Shown: positions 1-9,628, counted from the stretch's first letter. The stretch: 26,627 bases of DNA from an uncultured virus (IMG/VR IMGVR_UViG_2778261562_000001) (IMGVR_UViG_2778261562_000001); one strand, 5' to 3'. The notes: generated by a model from the letters alone, not told the origin. Translations and numbers: made by a program.

Positions 1-427
1 AAACACCTGTACAATCAACATGATAATGAATACCACTTTCATTATTAAGTTCACAATACTTCTTTAATAGAAGACTGACTTGATATAAACATTGTAAACC
101 ATTAATACCTGAAGGTATTCTAATACGTTGTTCATCATTTGTGTTTATATCTACATCTATAATATGAGGTATAGCTAAAAACTCTTGTTTAATTTGAAAA
201 GCTTCTTTATAAGTTCTTTCTCTTTCTAAACCTGTTTCAGAGTCTATAACATAGGCCAACCTTGATTCCCATTCAATACCAATGCTATAAGGCAGAAGAT
301 AATCTCCTGCCTCTATAACATCTTTATCAGTTGCATCTAAAGCAATAGGTATAGTGGAACAATAATGATTAATGCTCCCCTCTATACCTACGTGTTGGAG
401 GAGCTTGTTTAGTAACTGTGTATCCAT
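1..427 (-). CDS. Putative amidoligase (COOH-NH2 ligase)-like protein, truncated by the window edge; not in the ORF track
   Basis: Manual translation from ATG 427 is open to base 1: MDTQLLNKLLQHVG...YSIGIEWES...NNESGIHYHVDCTGV. GxExE and SGxHxHV motifs fit the amidoligase family. Overlaps the upstream ORF by 59 nt. Confidence 0.65.
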   Translation of the reverse strand, partial: MDTQLLNKLLQHVGIEGSINHYCSTIPIALDATDKDVIEAGDYLLPYSIGIEWESRLAYVIDSETGLERERTYKEAFQIKQEFLAIPHIIDVDINTNDEQRIRIPSGINGLQCLYQVSLLLKKYCELNNESGIHYHVDCTGV

Positions 428-797
428 CTTTAATTAAAAGTTCTTTAGCTTTAGCTAATTCTTCTTCCTTAGTAAGTTTTTTAGTCTTAGGAGCTTTTTT
501 AGCTTTTTCTTTAACTTTTTCTACAGTAGCTTCAGCTGCTTGTTTTCTACTAGTTTCAGTAGTTTTATTAGCCTGAATTTGCTCAATAATCTCTTTCTCT
601 TTTTTAACAGAGTTACGAGTATTGTAAGCTTTAACTAAATCTTTTAAAGCTTCTCTTTCATTCTTGTCTGGAAACCTTTTACTATAAGATTCCCCATCAA
701 TAACTAAGATAAGGTTTTGGCCATACTGTTTTAGACCGATTTCTTTCTTAGCGGATTTAGAAGTACTTTTAGTACCTTTTTTAGACTTTGTTGCCAT
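369..797 (-). CDS. Lysine-rich hypothetical protein
   Basis: 142-aa ORF, A-rich leader before ATG, same strand as neighbours, very basic. Confidence 0.75.
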   Translation of the reverse strand: MATKSKKGTKSTSKSAKKEIGLKQYGQNLILVIDGESYSKRFPDKNEREALKDLVKAYNTRNSVKKEKEIIEQIQANKTTETSRKQAAEATVEKVKEKAKKAPKTKKLTKEEELAKAKELLIKDGYTVTKQAPPTRRYRGEH

Positions 798-829
798 AAT
801 TAAATGTTTAAATTAAATTAAAAAAATGA

Positions 830-3124
830 TTAAAAATACCAAAGGTCATTATCAGAATCTTCATCTTCAGACTCTTCAAAATCTACCTCTTCAATACTGT
901 CTTCGATAACTTCTTCTTTAACAACTGGCATAAGAGTATTTTTACCAGTATTATAATGAATAGCGTCTAAACCTCTAATTTGAAGTTTTTTAAGTAGAAA
1001 TGCCAAATACTCTTTAGGCATAGAATTAGTAGTAATGTAGTCAAATATTTTATAAACATCTACTACACTTACAAGCTCTTTAAGCTCTCTTTCATATAAA
1101 AACTCTTTACGATTTTTAGTAATTTTCAAACCATTTATATGGTCTTTAAAATAAGTTACTAAATCTACAGAATAATTGAGTTTTTCACCCCCTTTTTCTT
1201 TAATGTTAATATACCTACTTTTATAGTCATTTTTATTATAAAGTTTAGCAACTTTATTAAAAGTATCTCTATAATACGAACTAAGTTTAAAACGTTCGTA
1301 ATTTCCATAAAGGTTTTCATTGTATAACTTATAAAGCCTAAGTCTTAGAAAATGATTATTTAGACTTTTAGCTTTAATCATATTTTCACAATGAATAACA
1401 TTATTATTTCTAGCTAATTGATTAATGTTACTTTTACTAACAATAAGAAAAGTAGATTTTCTATTGAAAAGAGGGTTAATCTTACGATATGTATTATAAA
1501 GATGATAATAATGAAGTATATCAACATTGTCTTCATCTCTACAAATATAAAAAATAAAACGATACGTATCAATAAGATTAGCAAGATTAGAAACTTCTCT
1601 TTTACCTTCAATAGTATAATGAGTAATTTCTCCTTTAACCTTCTCTTTTTTACTAGCTAACTCTTCTTTTTTCTGTTTTATCCAATGATCAGGAGCAACT
1701 CCATTATAACTTTGAATTTTAGAATCAAGGTATTTAACCATGTATCTATAAGTTTCAAGAACTTTCTTAGCAGTACCGGGAGCATAGATTCTATGAGTTT
1801 TATTAGACTTATAATCACTAGAATCTATAAGCTTTAAAGCATGAGCATATCTATTATAAATAGACCTGTTAAATTCTCTAAACTTAAAAACATATCCATT
1901 GTTAATATACAAAGTGTCAAAATAATTTAACTTACCATGATTAATATAACAAAGATGTTGATTATTATAAAGATAATGATTAAAACCAGATTCTGTACCT
2001 TTATCAAATTTCCTACCATTTTTAATAACGATAAGAGTAAAGATATTCATAAGGTCTCTAACATCATAATAAGATAAAAGAGTATTTCCAAAAGGCTTAA
2101 AATAAAGATTATGTTTTCCCTGCATAGGTATTGACACATCTTCTATTTTTAAAGGGGGTAAATCCTTATCCTTAGCCATTTTAATAAACTTGAACAAATC
2201 ATCTATATTACGTTGCTTTTTATAACGTTCAGTAAGTTCATGTTTAACTATCTCAATCTTATCTGCAATAGCCTTTTTAGTAGAGCTATTATAATTAATC
2301 TGTTCTCTACTGGCAGTAACATCTAAATCACCTGTTTCAAATTTAACAGCTACAGGTATATTGATTTGTTCCATTTTAAGAATGTTCCAATCAATAGGAT
2401 AAGTAACTTGCCCAAGACAAATATGCATAGCATCTCCAAAAGGAGATGCATTGTTACGAACTTTAAAGTTATCTGCTTCGTAAATCTTAAAGTTGTTATC
2501 ATAATAGTAATTCTCATGTTTAACATAAACACTATTAAAATAACAAAGTTGATTTCTTAATTCAGTAATCACTTTAAATTTATCCTCTTCTGCATATTCG
2601 ATTCTAATAGTAGTACCATTAGATTCTTCTGTAGGATATTGATTAATTAAATCTGCTTGAGGTAAATCCTCTCCTTTACTATAGACATACTCATATTTAA
2701 TACCATTAGAAACAGTAATAATTTCAAAGTAATCTACATAAGCTAAAGGAGATTTACTACCAATACCAAATCCACCTATCTTTTTATTAGTGGCTCTTTT
2801 ATCGGAACTAAACCATTGCATGTATATCTTATTAAAGACTTCAGGGCTCATTCCAGTACCTTTATCTTTAAACTCAATATAATTACTACCGTCATCTTCA
2901 TAAACATGAATCATTACCGGAGTGTCCTCATCAACATCTACGTGAGCATCTACAGCATTAGATGTTAATTCTCTAATAAAAGAACCAATAGGATTAGAGT
3001 AGAGACTCTCTGATACTACTTTAAAGACGATAGCAATATTTTCAGCATCTATTCCAGACTTAGTAGAATTGTCTTGACCACCTATGCTATCCTTTTCTAA
3101 TAAATTATGATTTTGAAGTTTCAT
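830..3124 (-). CDS. rIIA: rIIA-like protein with N-terminal GHKL/HSP90-type ATPase domain
   Basis: SLYSNPIGSFIRELTSNAVDAH, DKGTGMS, IGGFGIGSKSPLAY, NGTTI and LDVTASREQI motifs typical of phage rIIA; acidic tail. Confidence 0.8.
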   Translation of the reverse strand: MKLQNHNLLEKDSIGGQDNSTKSGIDAENIAIVFKVVSESLYSNPIGSFIRELTSNAVDAHVDVDEDTPVMIHVYEDDGSNYIEFKDKGTGMSPEVFNKIYMQWFSSDKRATNKKIGGFGIGSKSPLAYVDYFEIITVSNGIKYEYVYSKGEDLPQADLINQYPTEESNGTTIRIEYAEEDKFKVITELRNQLCYFNSVYVKHENYYYDNNFKIYEADNFKVRNNASPFGDAMHICLGQVTYPIDWNILKMEQINIPVAVKFETGDLDVTASREQINYNSSTKKAIADKIEIVKHELTERYKKQRNIDDLFKFIKMAKDKDLPPLKIEDVSIPMQGKHNLYFKPFGNTLLSYYDVRDLMNIFTLIVIKNGRKFDKGTESGFNHYLYNNQHLCYINHGKLNYFDTLYINNGYVFKFREFNRSIYNRYAHALKLIDSSDYKSNKTHRIYAPGTAKKVLETYRYMVKYLDSKIQSYNGVAPDHWIKQKKEELASKKEKVKGEITHYTIEGKREVSNLANLIDTYRFIFYICRDEDNVDILHYYHLYNTYRKINPLFNRKSTFLIVSKSNINQLARNNNVIHCENMIKAKSLNNHFLRLRLYKLYNENLYGNYERFKLSSYYRDTFNKVAKLYNKNDYKSRYINIKEKGGEKLNYSVDLVTYFKDHINGLKITKNRKEFLYERELKELVSVVDVYKIFDYITTNSMPKEYLAFLLKKLQIRGLDAIHYNTGKNTLMPVVKEEVIEDSIEEVDFEESEDEDSDNDLWYF

Positions 3125-3134
3125 TAATTCTGTT

Positions 3135-3416
3135 TTAAGTAAATTCTCTGTATTCTAGTGAAGTTTTTCTATCAGCTAATAATTTAGCTTTATCCTTCTT
3201 ATATTGTTCTAATAATGTAACAACCTTAACAAGTTGTGTAAAACTTAGATGTTTATAAGCAGGTTTATCTATTATATTATCCCATCGACCGCCTAAAGCG
3301 TTGTCTAATGCAATAGTTAAATAATAGTATTCATCCCAAACTAAATCAGGATAAGTTCGTTTAAGTGCCTTAGCATTGCTAAAGTAATGTTGTACTAAAG
3401 TGTTTCTATTTGCCAT
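3135..3416 (-). CDS. Conserved small hypothetical protein
   Basis: 93 aa. IALDNALGGRW...KPAYKHLS...SLEYR resembles a small uncharacterised bacterial family (from memory, unverified). Confidence 0.7.
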   Translation of the reverse strand: MANRNTLVQHYFSNAKALKRTYPDLVWDEYYYLTIALDNALGGRWDNIIDKPAYKHLSFTQLVKVVTLLEQYKKDKAKLLADRKTSLEYREFT

Positions 3417-3426
3417 CGATTATTCT

Positions 3427-4698
3427 TTATTCATAATCTCTAATAGTATTATTAAGAACATGAAAAGGTAGATTATCTCTAGTCCATTCATAGAAATCAA
3501 CGGTTAAGTTTTTCCCTATAATAGAGGAACGTGAGTCAAGAACTTCTCGCTTAAATGCTTCTGTACCTTTAGGAGTTACTTTAAATCGTTTTCCTTCATT
3601 AGTAGTACAAACATAAAGTCCTTGAGTAGGGTCTACATCTTGAGGTATAACATCTACAATTTTAAATTCTCTACTAATACATCTTTTAAGTTTAGTAATA
3701 GTAGTAGGTCTTCCACCAAAACTGTATTTGTTAGTAAATTGCCTAAAGATAGAACCTTCATAACCTTCCTTAATAAATAAGTCAGTTATAGATTGTGCTT
3801 GAGCATCATTCATAACCTTAAAAGCTCTAATCAATTGTATAGGACAATTAATGGTCTGGTCAAAATGAGCTTTATACTCTTTAAGCATATTCCATCTAAC
3901 TTCTTGACGTATATCAGGAATAGCTAAATCAAACAGTATAAAAACAACTCTTTGAGTCATTAGACTAACCTTTTTAACAGCACTACCAATATCTTGAAGT
4001 AATTCTCCATGAATATAAAGTTCACCATCAAATACAATATTGAAATCTTCACCTTCAGGATTATCTACTTCAAACATATCTATATTCATGTTAAAATAAT
4101 CAAGAATATGAGGAATATTATATTCCTTACCTTCTTTACTAAGTATTTTAACTTTACCTTCAATAAGTTGAATAGTAGCTCTAACTCCATTTATCTTAGG
4201 TTGCCCTATACATGGAAATTTAGTAATAATAGCACCATCTTCTTTATCAGCATAAGGATTAGCTAAATAGAAGTACTTGCGATCATCCCACAATTGGCCT
4301 GTAGGGTCAACCCAATTCTTTTTAGAACGGTAATATTGTTGGCATTTCATTGGTTTCGTGGCTCCTGACGCATCCGTTTTGATGAAGGGTACATTTTCCT
4401 GCAAGTACTCAAAAGAGGGCGTCTCAAACTCTGAAAATTGCACGTAGCCTTGGTCAATTCTGCGATTTACCATGCTCTCTGCCATTCTTTGAGCTTGCTC
4501 AAAAGGATAAGTCTCATTAGATTTACCAATGTTTTTACCTTTAATATCTCTTTTCCATTTTAAAGCTAGAGCACCATTAAACTCACCATAAGACATTTTA
4601 ATATCTACTTGAGTACCGGTATTATTAACTTCAACATTCCAAACTAGAATTTTACCTTTACTATCTCTTGAAAATAAAGGTGGATAAGTTACTGTCAT
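3427..4698 (-). CDS. lig: ATP-dependent DNA ligase
   Basis: Motif I QPKINGVRA, III FDGELY, IIIa FILFDL, IV EGSIFR, V KLK; C-terminal OB-fold-like segment. Confidence 0.92.
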   Translation of the reverse strand: MTVTYPPLFSRDSKGKILVWNVEVNNTGTQVDIKMSYGEFNGALALKWKRDIKGKNIGKSNETYPFEQAQRMAESMVNRRIDQGYVQFSEFETPSFEYLQENVPFIKTDASGATKPMKCQQYYRSKKNWVDPTGQLWDDRKYFYLANPYADKEDGAIITKFPCIGQPKINGVRATIQLIEGKVKILSKEGKEYNIPHILDYFNMNIDMFEVDNPEGEDFNIVFDGELYIHGELLQDIGSAVKKVSLMTQRVVFILFDLAIPDIRQEVRWNMLKEYKAHFDQTINCPIQLIRAFKVMNDAQAQSITDLFIKEGYEGSIFRQFTNKYSFGGRPTTITKLKRCISREFKIVDVIPQDVDPTQGLYVCTTNEGKRFKVTPKGTEAFKREVLDSRSSIIGKNLTVDFYEWTRDNLPFHVLNNTIRDYE

Positions 4699-4708
4699 AT
4701 TAATAGTT

Positions 4709-5578
4709 TTATTGTTTGTAATTTTCCCAAATTTGTCTTTCGTCTTGATAAAAATGAAATTTTAAACATCTAACTTCAAGTTCATCAATAGGAGTAAATA
4801 TACTAGCATCACCCATAACAATAAGTCTATGGTCATCTTCTAGTACAGGTTGTTGTAGAATATTACCGTTTTCATCAGTATATCCTCTAACTAAAAAATC
4901 TTTAAAAGTTTTTAAATAAGGTAAAGCTCTGTTATCAACATCCCAAGGTCTACCTATATTATCTTTAGAATTATCATTCCAAGCTTTAACAGTATCTTGA
5001 ATTTCAAGAATAATCCAAATAGGTTGAAACTTATTAAACTTAGAAATAATAGATTCAATATCTATAGGTCTAAGACGTTTAAACTTATTTAAATAAGATT
5101 CCATTAACTTAGATACAATTAAATTTTGAGTATGAATACCATAATATCCTTTTTGACCAGTAATAACATTTGTATTAGGTTTACCAGCTTGAGTAGGATT
5201 AGCAATAACTCTTTCTAAAGTATCTTCATGTATAACTACTTTTTTAGGCTTCTTTTTATAATCAGTTTTAGTTATATTAGCAACTATAACTAAAGTTTTA
5301 GTAGTTTTATTATACATATAACAACACTTAGAACCGTAGAATACACCTATAGTAAATCCATCAGCTAATTGGTCAGGACTAACTCTACGTGAAGAACCGT
5401 TACCTACTTCAGTATGATACTTAGGATTAATAAGTTTTTTCCATAAAGGCTTATTTTTAGCTTTAATATTTCCTTCTTTATATTCAAAGTATTTAGGAAG
5501 TTGTTTTTTACTAGTTTCAACTTCTCTAAGATAATAAGGAATAGAAATTGTAAGGAATTTACTAAAATGTTCTAACAT
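4709..5578 (-). CDS. RusA-like Holliday junction resolvase (C-terminal domain) with long N-terminal extension
   Basis: WDVDN...K..KDFL...LEDD matches the RusA DxDN...K...D...DD pattern. Start is either 5596 (track) or ATG 5578. Confidence 0.6.
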   Translation of the reverse strand: MLEHFSKFLTISIPYYLREVETSKKQLPKYFEYKEGNIKAKNKPLWKKLINPKYHTEVGNGSSRRVSPDQLADGFTIGVFYGSKCCYMYNKTTKTLVIVANITKTDYKKKPKKVVIHEDTLERVIANPTQAGKPNTNVITGQKGYYGIHTQNLIVSKLMESYLNKFKRLRPIDIESIISKFNKFQPIWIILEIQDTVKAWNDNSKDNIGRPWDVDNRALPYLKTFKDFLVRGYTDENGNILQQPVLEDDHRLIVMGDASIFTPIDELEVRCLKFHFYQDERQIWENYKQ

Positions 5579-5973
5579 AGTATTTGTTTTTTCCAAACTA
5601 TACAGTAAGGTTGTTTAAGACGTAGTAAAACAGTTTTCCAACTAACTTCAGGGGTTTCACACACATTAATAAGCCAAGCAGATTTTTTCTGCTCTTTTAA
5701 AGTTTTAGTATAATCTCTATAATGAGTTTGATACTCACCTTTAGTATTACACTTAAAAGATTCAAGAACTTCTCTAACTTCTTTAATAACAGTATCACCT
5801 GAAGTATCATAACCTATAGTAATAACATCTTTAACAGGTATATTGAAACGTTCTTCAAACCTTTTTAAAGATTTAGTATTAATACAGCTATTAATAAATT
5901 CAAGTTCAGCAGGATTAATACCAGTAACAAAATACTGAAACAACCCCTTTTTAGATAAAGTTAGATGGTTCAT
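5572..5973 (-). CDS. Hypothetical protein
   Basis: 133-aa ORF overlapping both neighbouring genes by a few bases. Confidence 0.7.
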   Translation of the reverse strand: MNHLTLSKKGLFQYFVTGINPAELEFINSCINTKSLKRFEERFNIPVKDVITIGYDTSGDTVIKEVREVLESFKCNTKGEYQTHYRDYTKTLKEQKKSAWLINVCETPEVSWKTVLLRLKQPYCIVWKKQILC

Positions 5974-7082
5974 TTAATGTGTTTTAAAGCGTTATAATAA
6001 TATTTATCTAGGTCAATAAAGTCTTGTACGTATTGTTCATAAACACCATGCACAATAGCTTTAGTATTATCAATACCGACAATAGTCATATTATCAGTAA
6101 GGTCTTTAGCTCCAAAATCTTTGGAACCATATAACCCATTAGTAAACATGATAGGTTCAATTCTATAAGTCTTTCTAAGAAATTGGGCCATTCTCATACC
6201 TGCTCTATCATAATCCATACAACTAAAAAGATAATCAAATTTAGTACGCATGAACCAATATTCTTCAGGAGTAATAGGAGTAGATTCACCAGTAGGAGCA
6301 ACACTTTGAACACCTAGTGAAAGAAAAGAAAGTACATCTTTATAGGATTTAGTAATACCTCCAAATCTACCACAAGTAATAAGATGTCTCCCCTGTAGAA
6401 AAGAAGAGTTCGACAGAAACCCGTTCTCACCGATTTTCTTTCTATAGGGAAAATAGATTTTCCATTGGTCAACACCATTTTCAAACTTACCACCATAATA
6501 ACAATAAGCAGGGTCTTTAACAGTATAACTATAAACTTTTATAAAAGGTAGATTATTCTTAGAAATATATATTTCTTGAGCAAAGTAAACTCTACCATAA
6601 TTAAGAAGTTTTTCATTAACGTTAATGTTACCCCAATAAAGCTTATCATAACCATTAATCTTTCTAGGAGTGATTTTAATGATTGTAGGATATTTTTTCT
6701 TTCTGGTTGCAGTAAATGCTTCAAATAGTTTATCATAATTTGCTACTTCATTAGAATCAGTATATTTATGTATTCTAAAATCTTTAGCAATAGTATGTAG
6801 AATTACTTGAAAATGTCTTTTATTATTTGAATTAAGTTTAAGTCTAAAAGCAACTAAGTCAAAACAATCACCCCAAAAGTGCCCTGAAAGGTCTCTCATT
6901 CTAAGACGACCATGAACATTATAATAAAGACCACAAGTAGGATTATGGTCAATCCTTAAAGGAGAACAAAATTGATTATCAAAATCTAATGGTATTCCTA
7001 GATATTTTTCCATAATTTGTTCTTGACTAATTCTCTCTAGTATATAAGTCTTAGTCAATTTAGGATAAATACCGTAATGCAT
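5970..7082 (-). CDS. dnaG: DNA primase (crAss-type, TOPRIM)
   Basis: FCSPLRIDHNPTC...WGDCFD zinc-binding-domain-like region; ITKSYKDV, MDYDRAG and KDLTD TOPRIM motifs. Start moved to ATG 7082 because the track ATG (7106) lies inside a terminator stem. Confidence 0.88.
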   Translation of the reverse strand: MHYGIYPKLTKTYILERISQEQIMEKYLGIPLDFDNQFCSPLRIDHNPTCGLYYNVHGRLRMRDLSGHFWGDCFDLVAFRLKLNSNNKRHFQVILHTIAKDFRIHKYTDSNEVANYDKLFEAFTATRKKKYPTIIKITPRKINGYDKLYWGNINVNEKLLNYGRVYFAQEIYISKNNLPFIKVYSYTVKDPAYCYYGGKFENGVDQWKIYFPYRKKIGENGFLSNSSFLQGRHLITCGRFGGITKSYKDVLSFLSLGVQSVAPTGESTPITPEEYWFMRTKFDYLFSCMDYDRAGMRMAQFLRKTYRIEPIMFTNGLYGSKDFGAKDLTDNMTIVGIDNTKAIVHGVYEQYVQDFIDLDKYYYNALKHIK

Positions 7083-7095
7083 AATTCTTGAGATA

Positions 7096-7126
7096 AAAAA
7101 AGCCATAGGAATCCCTATGGCTTTTT
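7096..7126. terminator. Intrinsic terminator, bidirectional-type
   Basis: AAAAAAGCCATAGG-AATC-CCTATGGCTTTTT; perfect stem flanked by A/T tracts, downstream of the 7151 ORF. Confidence 0.85.
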
Positions 7127-7150
7127 AATTATATATATTTATAGCTTATT

Positions 7151-7864
7151 TTAGTTGAACCCTCCATTGAAATCAGGTAAATCACCATCAGGAACACCAC
7201 CACTCATACCAGGCACATTAGGTGCAGGAGCTTTAGTAGCTTCTAGTTTATCGTAAGCAGTGTTAACATCTAGGTTAATACAAGGTGAATTATCAGCAGC
7301 CTTTCTTTCAATGAAATTCGGCCCAAGAGGAAAAGTTACATTTGCATTAAAATAAGTAAGCTTGATATAATAACTATGCTTAGCATAAAGTTTTTTACCA
7401 TCAGCATCAACTTTCTCATTAAATGCTTTTCCAATGAGTTCAAAATATTCTGAGAAATTAGAAGCACCGGCTCCTAATTTAACTTCAGGAGTAATAGGCC
7501 CAATAGCTTGTTCATATATATGAGCAATACGAGTATTGAAACCATCATACTTACTTTGGAACTTTTCATCTGTTTGGTCAGGAGCAAATTCAAAATGGGT
7601 ATAACCACTATTTTTGCCCGACTTAAACACAAACTGCAAAATTGGAACTTTACTACCGTCTTTCTTTTCAAAAGCAGGATTAAAAACTACATTAACAAGT
7701 TTAGCAGTAGGAAACTGCCAACCTCTAGGAAACATAGCATTACGTTCAATTTGTTTAGGAACAGAAATAGGTAGTAAGTTACTACTCTTAGTTTCAGATG
7801 TAATTCCAAATATTACACCACCTGTTCCAGCAGCTTTTTGTTCAGTGTTCGCTTCTTCAGCCAT
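7151..7864 (-). CDS. Probable single-stranded DNA-binding protein
   Basis: Position next to primase; beta-rich core; Gly/Pro linker ending DGDLPDFNGGFN, similar to the SSB DDLPF tail. Confidence 0.55.
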   Translation of the reverse strand: MAEEANTEQKAAGTGGVIFGITSETKSSNLLPISVPKQIERNAMFPRGWQFPTAKLVNVVFNPAFEKKDGSKVPILQFVFKSGKNSGYTHFEFAPDQTDEKFQSKYDGFNTRIAHIYEQAIGPITPEVKLGAGASNFSEYFELIGKAFNEKVDADGKKLYAKHSYYIKLTYFNANVTFPLGPNFIERKAADNSPCINLDVNTAYDKLEATKAPAPNVPGMSGGVPDGDLPDFNGGFN

Positions 7865-7909
7865 AATAATAGAAAATTTTAGATATTAATAACGTTAAAT
7901 TAAAAGGAT

Positions 7910-7942
7910 AAAAAAGCAGCTATAAGGGATATAGCTGCTTTT
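7910..7942. terminator. Intrinsic terminator
   Basis: AAAAAAGCAGCTATA-AGGGA-TATAGCTGCTTTT downstream of the 7960 ORF. Confidence 0.85.
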
Positions 7943-7959
7943 AAAATACTAGATACTAA

Positions 7960-8517
7960 TTAAAGTTCGTCAAGATTGACAGAAGCAGGGTTATTCCCTG
8001 GAAGGTCAGCACCGGCAGGGGCAGGAGCATCAGCTGTATTAGCATCAGCTTCTTGAGCAGATTCACCAGATTCAGCTTTCTCAGTCTTTTCTACAGTTTC
8101 AACTTCAGCAGAACCAAGTTTAATGTATTTGTTACCTGATTCATCTTCTTCTACTTCATCAGTAAGAGGATAAGTAACAATAGCATCTTCTTGACCTACC
8201 ATAGTCCAAGCACCGGCACTAGAGAAACCAAAATAAGAACCATTTTTAGAAAGTTTGCTACCGTTCTTTTCTACAGTTTTAGTAGAAGTACTACCGTCTT
8301 CTTCTGTAACTTCTTTAGTTTTGATAAAACCTTTACCAACATAGAATACACCTGCTTGTTCAGGATGCTCTGCAATGTCTACATAATCTCCATCAGTCAA
8401 TCCAAGGGCTCTAGCAGCAGCATCACTAATTTTAAGTGAACCTTTAGCAGAATTTGCTACAAGTACTGAACCTACTTCTTTAACTGGTCTTGTGTTTGTT
8501 AAACTTCTAAATTTCAT
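7960..8517 (-). CDS. Hypothetical protein, possible AbrB-like/beta-barrel nucleic-acid binder with acidic tail
   Basis: LKISDAAARALGLTDGDYVDI resembles the AbrB/SpoVT LGL..GD.V signature; N-terminus MKFRSLTN. Confidence 0.7.
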   Translation of the reverse strand: MKFRSLTNTRPVKEVGSVLVANSAKGSLKISDAAARALGLTDGDYVDIAEHPEQAGVFYVGKGFIKTKEVTEEDGSTSTKTVEKNGSKLSKNGSYFGFSSAGAWTMVGQEDAIVTYPLTDEVEEDESGNKYIKLGSAEVETVEKTEKAESGESAQEADANTADAPAPAGADLPGNNPASVNLDEL

Positions 8518-8600
8518 AATAAAAAAATTAAGGATTAATAAATAATGAATAAATGTTTAAAAATGTTTGTCTTTGATAAATAGGTTAAGACTAATAAGAT

Positions 8601-9494
8601 TTAGGATACTTCTTCGTGAGTAATATCTTCTATAACTTCTGTACCATCTTCTGTATAAGAAGAGTTAGCACCAAGTTCAGAAGGTGTCATTACACCGTTA
8701 ATTAAATCATCTGCAATCTCTCTTGCACCAATCATATATGCTCTAGCATCAAGCATTCTTTTAGGATGCTTTTTATAATTGGCTTTTTCCATAAGACCAG
8801 CTTGTACAGCTTCACTTATAGTAAAAGAACTTGTAGTAGTGATTTCTTTATAATTCCCATCAATACGTTTAACAAGACGGCTAAACTTATAAGTAGTTCT
8901 AGTGTCTATAGGACGTTTAGCACTATTCATAGGTTGTTCAGCTAAAGTACCTTTATGAATAACTTCATACTGTTTTTGACCTGCTACTTCTGAAACAACA
9001 GGTCTACCTGCTTCATCCGTTTTAACGTATTCATAAATAGTAACATAATCTTCTGTTCTTTCAGCTATAATACCTTCTCTTAAAAGAATAGCTCTAACTA
9101 AATGAACACCCAAAGAAGGTTTACCATCTATAGCATAAATTTGAGATAGACTAGCACTTAAAGGTAATTTAAGTTCTTGACCCATCATCATGGCTACAGT
9201 AAAATCTTCTTTAGTTTTATGAATACAAAGTTTACTTCCTACCATAATCTCACCTAATGCAAGCATCCTAGCAGGAGTACTAAAATCTTTGTAATCAAGA
9301 GCACTAATATCAGCTTTAGAAAGACTTTTAAATTCTTCTTTAGCTACAGCAACTTTATTAGAGGGTTTAGAATCTTTAATAGAAGAAGAAGCCTTAGTTT
9401 CGCTATTAGTGTTAGCTTTACTTTCAGCTTCTTCTTTACTTCCATTCCCTTTAACGTTACTTAAATCTGTCATTTTCTCGTTTTCTTCTGACAT
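8601..9494 (-). CDS. recT: RecT/Red-beta-like single-strand annealing protein
   Basis: IYAIDGKPSL and AGL....YKKHPKRMLDARA....ARE...D...G..TPSEL motifs; acidic tail. Likely start is ATG 9494 (MSEENEK) rather than TTG 9569. Confidence 0.72.
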   Translation of the reverse strand: MSEENEKMTDLSNVKGNGSKEEAESKANTNSETKASSSIKDSKPSNKVAVAKEEFKSLSKADISALDYKDFSTPARMLALGEIMVGSKLCIHKTKEDFTVAMMMGQELKLPLSASLSQIYAIDGKPSLGVHLVRAILLREGIIAERTEDYVTIYEYVKTDEAGRPVVSEVAGQKQYEVIHKGTLAEQPMNSAKRPIDTRTTYKFSRLVKRIDGNYKEITTTSSFTISEAVQAGLMEKANYKKHPKRMLDARAYMIGAREIADDLINGVMTPSELGANSSYTEDGTEVIEDITHEEVS

Positions 9495-9554
9495 TATTAG
9501 TATTTTGTTATTAGTTATACAAATCTCTGTTGTATTGCCGTGTCTAATAACACC

Positions 9555-9566
9555 GTAAATATACAA
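9555..9566 (-). promoter_or_regulatory. Candidate promoter element TTGTATATTTAC, a variant of the Bacteroidota -7 box TAnnTTTG
   Basis: Intergenic, upstream of the recT-like gene; 11/12 identical to the element at 15194-15205. Confidence 0.45.
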
Positions 9567-9628
9567 CAAAATTCTCTTTTACTACTATATAGAGAATAAA
9601 AAATGTGCTTTTTAACACAAAAAACGCT

